6,102 nt of DNA, taken from a virus. Under the pieces are notes generated by a model that ran no database searches, was not told the origin of the DNA, and saw nothing but the letters and a program-made list of their open reading frames with translations. Where the stretch lies: positions 1 through 6,102 of IMG/VR virus record IMGVR_UViG_3300045988_003907; one strand, written 5' to 3'. Position 1 is the first letter of the stretch, and each line of letters opens with the position of its first letter. A program made the position numbers and the translations under genes. Positions 1 through 4,302 of this stretch are shown piece after piece.

Positions 1-134
1 GTCTTATCAGAGATTACTACATCCCACAGTGCTTGTACCTGTTCGCGGTAACGGCTGCCACCGCGTGCCAGTGCTTCGTAGTACTGCTGTACTGCTACGG
101 CTTTTCTTAAGTCGTTGATGGTTGCCGCCGTTAC
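1..134. repeat. Exact inverted (foldback) copy of 5969..6102, an internal part of the capsid gene; probable chimera or assembly artefact
   Basis: The reverse complement of 1..134 matches 5969..6102 base for base (checked in 10-nt blocks). The match breaks at 135/5968. Positions 1..55 also pair perfectly with 127..181. Confidence 0.9.
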
Positions 135-181
135 CGCGAACAGGTACAAGCACTGTGGGATGTAGTAATCTCTGATAAGAC
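127..181 (+). repeat. 55-nt direct terminal redundancy with 6048..6102 (circularisation overlap)
   Basis: The string gccgttaccgcgaacaggtacaagcactgtgggatgtagtaatctctgataagac occurs identically at both places. The upstream bases differ (c at 126, a at 6047). Confidence 0.95.
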
Positions 182-812
182 GGTACAAATCCCAGAATAC
201 TTGGGAGGTGGCAGATACCACGTCAACATGAACCAAATCGTGCAGACAAGCGGACAGCAAAGCGACACAGACACACCTATTGGCGAAACTGGCGCAATGT
301 CAGTGACACCGATCAATGAAAGTTCCTTCACCAAATCGTTTGAAGAGCACGGCTTTGTAATTGGCGTATGTTGTGTGCGACACAATCACAGTTACCAGCA
401 AGGCTTGGAGCGTTTCTGGAGCAGATCGGAAAGACTGGATTACTATGTGCCTCAGTTCGCAAACTTAGGCGAACAGCCTGTCAAAAAGAAAGAAATCATG
501 TTAACCGGCCTTGGAACCGACGAGGAGACATTTGGCTATCAGGAAGCCTGGTCAGACTACAGAATGAAGCCTAACCGGGTATCCGGCAAAATGAGAAGCA
601 ATGCAGAAGGCACACTGGAATTCTGGCACTATGCGGACAAATACGATAAAGTACCAACGCTATCGCAAGAATGGATGACAGAAGGGAAAAACGAAATTGC
701 ACGAACATTGATAGTACAGAATGAGCCGCAATTCTTCGGAGCAATCCGCGTAGCAAACAAAACCACAAGGCGGATGCCGTTGTACAGCGTACCGGGCTTG
801 TATAAACTGTAA
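180..812 (+). CDS. VP1: Major capsid protein VP1, C-terminal part (continuation of 5057..6102; whole protein 558 aa)
   Basis: The frame of track ORF 201..812 stays open upstream to 111. Codon 180..182 (acg) equals 6101..6102 plus 182. The joined sequence reads ...LRKAVAVQQYYEALARGGSRYREQVQALWDVVISDKTVQIPEYLGGGRYHVNMNQ...QEAWSDYRMKPNRVSG...RRMPLYSVPGLYKL*, which carries conserved Microviridae capsid motifs. The TTG 'start' at 201 in the track is an artefact of ORF calling. Confidence 0.93.
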   Translation, partial: TVQIPEYLGGGRYHVNMNQIVQTSGQQSDTDTPIGETGAMSVTPINESSFTKSFEEHGFVIGVCCVRHNHSYQQGLERFWSRSERLDYYVPQFANLGEQPVKKKEIMLTGLGTDEETFGYQEAWSDYRMKPNRVSGKMRSNAEGTLEFWHYADKYDKVPTLSQEWMTEGKNEIARTLIVQNEPQFFGAIRVANKTTRRMPLYSVPGLYKL

Positions 813-813
813 G

Positions 814-822
814 AAAGGAGGA
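814..822 (+). promoter_or_regulatory. Shine-Dalgarno sequence (aaaggagga) for VP2, separated from its ATG by the hairpin at 823..842
   Basis: A perfect SD core directly follows the VP1 stop (810..812). It lies 28 nt from ATG 851 in linear distance but only 8 nt if the hairpin is folded. Confidence 0.5.
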
Positions 823-848
823 AGCCCGGAGAAATCCGGGCTATTTTT
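823..848 (+). terminator. Intrinsic-terminator-like hairpin after VP1
   Basis: 8-bp GC-rich stem agcccgga/tccgggct (823..830 and 835..842), a GAAA tetraloop, then a T5 run within atttttaa (T run at 844..848). Confidence 0.65.
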
Positions 849-850
849 AA

Positions 851-1714
851 ATGGGAGCATTATCAGGATTCTTAACAGCGCTAAACGTAGCGGGAAACGT
901 GGCAAACACAATCGGAACTGTTGCAGGAGCAGCTAAAAACGTAGCCGGAGCGTTTGGCGGATGGGGACAGACAGGCAATAGCCAAAGTACCGGCGGCAGC
1001 GTAAGCCAAGGCGGCGGACACTCGGAAAGCGGAAGTCAATCCGGCACAAACGTAAAGCAAGTTGACGACTGGCTAAAACAGGCATACGCATACCAAGGAC
1101 AAGAAGCAGCCATGCAAGGTAAATACAACAGTCAAAGTATGCTTAAACAGATGGGTTACAACACCTTACAAGCAATCATGCAAGGCGTATACAACCACAT
1201 CGAAAACAGCGTAGCCATGAACTACAACAGTGCAGAAGCACTAGCAAGCCGTGAATGGCAAGAGCGCATGTCAAGCACTGCATACCAGCGTGCAGTTGAA
1301 GACATGAAAAAAGCGGGACTTAATCCCATCTTAGCATTCTCAAACGGCGGCGCAAGCACACCGGGAGGAAGTGCAGGAACAATCAGCGGAGCAAGTATGG
1401 GACTTGCAAGCAGCAGCGCACTAGGAGTAAGCCGAAGCGGAGGATTTGTACCAAACGCATACGAAAGTTCCAGCTGGTCACAAAGTGACTGGTACAATGC
1501 AGCGCAAAGCTGGCAACAAATGCTCAGTACAACGCACATGACGCCATACGGACTACAAAAGGCACTTACAGAAGTAGGAAACGACACAAGCAAGGCTATT
1601 ACGGATGCAACAGCAAAGACAGGCAAAGGCGCAGAGCAGAGCAGAAGCATGAAGCCACAAGACAAAACGGGAAACTACGGAGAAAAACGAAAGCCGGGTG
1701 ATTACTTAAAGTGA
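851..1714 (+). CDS. VP2: VP2 minor capsid / DNA pilot protein (287 aa)
   Basis: The N-terminus is Gly/Ala-rich and hydrophobic (MGALSGFLTALNVAGNVANTIGTVAGAA...). The conserved gokushovirus VP2 block REWQERMSSTAYQRAVEDMKKAGLNPILAFS is present. The gene lies immediately after VP1. Confidence 0.9.
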   Translation: MGALSGFLTALNVAGNVANTIGTVAGAAKNVAGAFGGWGQTGNSQSTGGSVSQGGGHSESGSQSGTNVKQVDDWLKQAYAYQGQEAAMQGKYNSQSMLKQMGYNTLQAIMQGVYNHIENSVAMNYNSAEALASREWQERMSSTAYQRAVEDMKKAGLNPILAFSNGGASTPGGSAGTISGASMGLASSSALGVSRSGGFVPNAYESSSWSQSDWYNAAQSWQQMLSTTHMTPYGLQKALTEVGNDTSKAITDATAKTGKGAEQSRSMKPQDKTGNYGEKRKPGDYLK

Positions 1715-2730
1715 GTTGTTACAAGCCATTAATACGGCTGTACAACCCTAACGACAAAAACATCAGCGGGAGAGTGTATTCGCTCTCCCGCTATTCTCAG
1801 TTAGCGGGAAAACAGCTGAAGTATGAAGATTTGATGTATAGAAAAGATGTCATGTTGATACCATGCGGGCAGTGCATCGGATGCAGAATCAGACAAAGGG
1901 AGGACTGGACAACACGAATAGAATTAGAAGCACGAGACTATCCAAGAGAAGAAGTTTGGTTTATCACGTTGACTTATGACGAGGACCATGTACCGGGCAT
2001 GATAGTAAACACAGGTGAAATCATGCGAAAAGTACAATACGTCTGGAAACCGGGAGAGAAGCGCCCTGAAAGCGTCCAAACGTTGCTGTATACTGACGTT
2101 CAAAAGTTCTTAAAACGTCTCAGAAAGGCTTATAGGGGCAAATTACGCTATTTCGTAGCGGGAGAGTACGGAGAACAGACAGCTAGGCCACATTACCACA
2201 TGATTTTATATGGATGGAAACCAACAGACCTAGAACACTTATACAAGATACAACACAACGGATATTTCACAAGTAAATGGCTAGAAAGCCTATGGGGCAT
2301 GGGTCAAATCCAAATAGCGCAAGCAGTGCCAGAAACTTATAGATACGTTGCAGGATACGTCACAAAAAAAATGTACGAGATAGACGGTCAGAAAGCAAAC
2401 GTATACTACGAACTAGGGCAACAAAAGCCTTTTGCGTGTATGAGTCTTAAGCCGGGTCTGGGAGACCGCTACTATCAAGAACACAAAGCGGAGATATGGA
2501 GACAAGGCTACATCCAATGCACAAACGGCAAACACGCACAAATTCCGCGTTATTATGAAAAAATGATGGAAGCGGAAAACCCACAAAGATTGTGGAGAAT
2601 TAAACAGAACAGACAAGCAGCAGCCATAGCGGAGAACCGGCTTAAGTATGAAAATGCAGACTTTGCAGAGCAATGTAAGACAAAAGAAAGAGTGATAAAG
2701 AAGCAGATGAAGAAGAGAGGGACCCTTTGA
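1711..2730 (+). CDS. VP4: VP4 replication initiator, HUH rolling-circle endonuclease (phiX174 A homologue, 339 aa)
   Basis: The GTG start overlaps the VP2 stop (GTGA, 1711..1714). The N-terminus MSCYKP and the Cys cluster PCGQCIGCR are typical. Motif ITLTYD is present, as is the HUH motif RPHYHMILYG (HYH at 2191..2199). The two-tyrosine catalytic motif YVAGYVTKK has its Tyr codons at 2344..2346 and 2356..2358. Confidence 0.95.
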   Translation: MSCYKPLIRLYNPNDKNISGRVYSLSRYSQLAGKQLKYEDLMYRKDVMLIPCGQCIGCRIRQREDWTTRIELEARDYPREEVWFITLTYDEDHVPGMIVNTGEIMRKVQYVWKPGEKRPESVQTLLYTDVQKFLKRLRKAYRGKLRYFVAGEYGEQTARPHYHMILYGWKPTDLEHLYKIQHNGYFTSKWLESLWGMGQIQIAQAVPETYRYVAGYVTKKMYEIDGQKANVYYELGQQKPFACMSLKPGLGDRYYQEHKAEIWRQGYIQCTNGKHAQIPRYYEKMMEAENPQRLWRIKQNRQAAAIAENRLKYENADFAEQCKTKERVIKKQMKKRGTL

Positions 2731-2736
2731 CGGTGT

Positions 2737-2778
2737 CATCTAGCCCAGTACCTATCAAGTAAGGTACTGGGCTAGATG
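2737..2778. other. Perfect 16-bp stem-loop 7 nt downstream of the VP4 stop; either a terminator or an ssDNA origin/priming structure
   Basis: catctagcccagtacc (2737..2752) pairs with ggtactgggctagatg (2763..2778) with no mismatch. The loop is the 10-nt tatcaagtaa. Only a weak T tract follows (tcgtttaaag). Confidence 0.6.
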
Positions 2779-2834
2779 TCGTTTAAAGATTCCATGTATC
2801 AGCCTATTAAGTCTATCAAATAGCTATATCTTAT

Positions 2835-2877
2835 CGCGCGTGCGCACACGCGCGAAGCGCGCACGCGCGCACGCGCG
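2835..2877. repeat. GC-rich alternating purine-pyrimidine element with tandem GCGCACGC units and several possible hairpins
   Basis: 2835..2854 (cgcgcgtgcgcacacgcgcg) and 2857..2877 (gcgcgcacgcgcgcacgcgcg) are both perfectly alternating Py/Pu. GCGCACGC is tandem at 2859..2866 and 2867..2874. The segment 2835..2845 is complementary to 2859..2869 and also to 2867..2877. Confidence 0.8.
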
Positions 2878-3015
2878 GCTCTTCGGCGCTATAGTTCGCA
2901 AGCTCACAAGCGCCGTAAATAATATAACTTGTTGTAGGAGTAGTAGTAGAGGTGGTGGAAAAGTTGAAAAGTACTAAAATTTAACGTTAAGACGTAAATA
3001 AAAAGCAAAAAACAC

Positions 3016-3055
3016 TGTTGAAAGAATTGTTGAAAACTTGTTGAATTGTTGAAAG
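3016..3055 (+). repeat. Iteron-like cluster A: four direct copies of TGTTGAAAR
   Basis: Copies are tgttgaaag 3016..3024, tgttgaaaa 3028..3036, tgttgaat 3039..3046 (degenerate) and tgttgaaag 3047..3055. All have the same orientation. There is an outlier agttgaaaa at 2962..2970. Confidence 0.8.
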
Positions 3056-3072
3056 TTCGTCAAAATGACGAA
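3056..3072. repeat. Small palindrome TTCGTCA-AAA-TGACGAA between the two iteron clusters
   Basis: ttcgtca (3056..3062) is the reverse complement of tgacgaa (3066..3072), separated by a 3-nt spacer. Confidence 0.7.
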
Positions 3073-3090
3073 AACCTTTGTGCAACTTTA

Positions 3091-3128
3091 TGTTGAAAAC
3101 CTGTTGAAAGTGTTGAAAGTGTTGAAAA
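3091..3128 (+). repeat. Iteron-like cluster B: four direct copies of TGTTGAAAR, three of them exactly tandem (9-nt period)
   Basis: Copies are tgttgaaaa 3091..3099, tgttgaaag 3102..3110, tgttgaaag 3111..3119 and tgttgaaaa 3120..3128. Confidence 0.85.
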
Positions 3129-3269
3129 CGCGCACAGCGCTAAAAAGGAATGGATTAGCCGAGCTCCGCGTGCGCTACGCACGGCAAGGCGCAAAAGCGC
3201 TTTCAAAACAAAAGAGCAAAACCGGGTTGCAAGAGAAAGTTACAAATATATTACAAAAAAACAAAATCA

Positions 3270-3298
3270 TTAAAAAGCCTATTGAAAAACGATATAAT
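3270..3298 (+). promoter_or_regulatory. Candidate sigma70-type promoter for the accessory cassette
   Basis: TTAAAA (3270..3275), a 17-nt spacer, then a perfect TATAAT (3293..3298), about 30 nt upstream of ATG 3330. The background is A/T-rich, so chance matches are likely. Confidence 0.3.
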
Positions 3299-3329
3299 AG
3301 AATCAGAAAAAGAAAGGAGAGCGCGAACC

Positions 3330-3548
3330 ATGAAAAAAATCTACATGAGCGAGCAAAATTACATAGAACTTAATTTTTTTGGATACATAATGGCAAAAAA
3401 ATACAAATACGAAAAATCATATAAGAAAGGAGAAAAAATTATTTGCAGAAAGTACGCATTCGAACTGGGAGATGAAAAAGACGAGAACAGGTTATACAAA
3501 GCAGAAAAAAGATTCATAGAAAATGTAATCGTAGTAAAGAAAGGTTGA
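3330..3548 (+). CDS. Hypothetical protein, 72 aa, Lys/Tyr-rich, no recognisable family
   Basis: ATG 3330 is preceded by SD aaaggaga (3313..3320, 9-nt spacing). It lies in frame within track ORF 3282..3548, and its stop abuts the peptidase gene. No transmembrane segment is apparent. Confidence 0.55.
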   Translation: MKKIYMSEQNYIELNFFGYIMAKKYKYEKSYKKGEKIICRKYAFELGDEKDENRLYKAEKRFIENVIVVKKG

Positions 3549-3553
3549 CGAAA

Positions 3554-3946
3554 ATGATTAAAAGCTATATCATGGACACAGACGGAAACGTAAAACTGGC
3601 AAGACACTTCAAAGTAAAAGAATTTGCTTGCAAAGACGGCAGTCAAGTAGTGTTCATAGACGACTACCTGTACACCGTTCTGGATATCTTACGACATAAG
3701 CTAGGAAAGCCGGTAATCATCACCAGCGGATACAGAACACCAGAATGGAACAAAAAATGCAACGGAGCAAAATACAGCTACCACATGCGCGGTATGGCAG
3801 CAGACATCCGAGTAGATGGCATGAATGCAAAAGAGCTTGCCAACAAACTGAATGAAATCGTACCGGATGAATGCGGCATTATCGTATACAAAAATTGGGT
3901 ACACTTTGACGTGCGACCCGGAAAAAAATACAGAAAGGGGGTATAA
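3554..3946 (+). CDS. Zinc D,D/L,D-peptidase of the LAS / Peptidase_M15 (YcbK-like, M15_3-type) fold; candidate endolysin (130 aa)
   Basis: ATG 3554 (SD agaaagg at 3538..3544) lies in frame within track ORF 3545..3946. Family-typical N-terminal block: HFKVKEFACKDG. SGYR is followed by the zinc ligands H-x6-D in SYHMRGMAAD (His 3782..3784, Asp 3803..3805). The distal WVHFDV supplies the third ligand (His 3902..3904). Confidence 0.85.
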   Translation: MIKSYIMDTDGNVKLARHFKVKEFACKDGSQVVFIDDYLYTVLDILRHKLGKPVIITSGYRTPEWNKKCNGAKYSYHMRGMAADIRVDGMNAKELANKLNEIVPDECGIIVYKNWVHFDVRPGKKYRKGV

Positions 3947-3947
3947 A

Positions 3948-4070
3948 ATGGCACTGATCTCTATTAAAGACGTCAAACAGGCAATCCGCATTATGATGCA
4001 GATTCTCGAAAAGCTTGACGAGATCTATCACGCACTGCACGACAGCATCAACGAAAACGAAAAGGAGTAA
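3948..4070 (+). CDS. Hypothetical small protein, 40 aa (MALISIKDVKQAIRIMMQILEKLDEIYHALHDSINENEKE)
   Basis: ATG 3948 begins 1 nt after the peptidase stop, with SD gaaaggggg (3933..3941). It is in frame with track ORF 3852..4070, whose upstream part overlaps the peptidase and is unlikely to be real. Confidence 0.45.
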   Translation: MALISIKDVKQAIRIMMQILEKLDEIYHALHDSINENEKE

Positions 4071-4074
4071 AATC

Positions 4075-4302
4075 ATGATGCACAAAGCATGGAACGTACG
4101 CGACCAGACCAAAGAAGCATTGGAAGAACTACTCACACGAAAATACAAAGAAATTGACAGCGATTACAAAATGCTTAGAAAAGTGTCAAACATTGAGGAT
4201 GCAAAAAGGCTGGTAGATGAAATTTGGCAGATAAAAAGCTTTGCAAACGCTATCGAACTGGAACTGATTAGAAGGGAGTACATCAATGGCACGACATCGT
4301 AA
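4075..4302 (+). CDS. Hypothetical protein, 75 aa, predicted all-helical and charged
   Basis: ATG 4075 has SD aaaggag (4061..4067, 7-nt spacing). This is the plausible start of track ORF 4015..4302. Confidence 0.6.
   Translation: MMHKAWNVRDQTKEALEELLTRKYKEIDSDYKMLRKVSNIEDAKRLVDEIWQIKSFANAIELELIRREYINGTTS

Noticed and set aside
131-385. Minus-strand ORF of 84 aa at the left end
   Set aside because: It is antisense to the VP1 C-terminal coding region and partly built from the duplicated/inverted artefact sequence. No SD is present, and all real genes of this virus family lie on one strand.
368-574. Alternative-frame ORF of 68 aa inside the VP1 C-terminal region
   Set aside because: No SD and no motif. 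It is embedded in the most conserved gene and is probably a chance open frame.
1222-1665. Minus-strand ORF of 147 aa antisense to VP2. The same reasoning applies to minus ORFs 571..768, 660..911, 2413..2739, 3359..3646, 3701..3991, 3879..4148, 4186..4431 and 4576..4785.
   Set aside because: They are antisense to well-supported genes, have low-complexity Cys/Leu/Ser-rich translations and no ribosome-binding sites. Microviridae transcribe a single strand, and long antisense open frames are expected from the codon bias.
2753-2760. 8-nt identity (ACTTGATA on the minus strand) to the phiX174 gene A cleavage-site core
   Set aside because: It lies on the strand opposite the genes, whereas the viral nicked strand should have mRNA polarity. 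An 8-mer match is not improbable by chance in this much sequence. It is kept only as a caveat in the hairpin finding.
2929-2958. Run of trinucleotide repeats: ttgttg tag gag tagtagtag agg tggtgg
   Set aside because: It is a short simple-sequence tract in non-coding DNA. (TAG)3 gives in-frame stops, but no ORF enters it. I see no evidence of function beyond low-complexity sequence.
2979-3006. Possible XerC/D dif-like site. ATTTAACGTTA matches 9 of 11 positions of the E. coli XerD arm complement ATTTAACATAA, and dif-mediated integration is known for some gokushovirus prophages.
   Set aside because: The putative second arm matches only about 3 of 11 positions. The local imperfect palindrome ATTTAACGT-TAAG-ACGTAAAT spans only ~21 nt, so it cannot accommodate the 11-6-11 Xer architecture. 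The region is AT-rich, so partial matches are expected. A comparison with the dif site of the real host, if identified, would still be worthwhile.
3016-3128. TGTTGAAAR repeats as a CRISPR array, or as a stack of -35 promoter boxes
   Set aside because: The repeats are only 8 to 9 nt with 0 to 3 nt between most copies, which is far from CRISPR repeat-spacer geometry. I checked each TTGAAA for a -10-like hexamer 16 to 18 nt downstream and found none.
3065-3373. Plus-strand ORF of 102 aa, very basic, crossing iteron cluster B and the GC-rich block
   Set aside because: There is no convincing SD before ATG 3065, which sits inside the palindrome. Its LLKVLKVLK segment is just the translation of the 9-nt tandem DNA repeat, and identical repeats lie upstream out of frame. 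It overlaps the better-supported ORF starting at 3330. It could still be real at a probability I would put near 0.15 to 0.25, so it should be tested rather than annotated.
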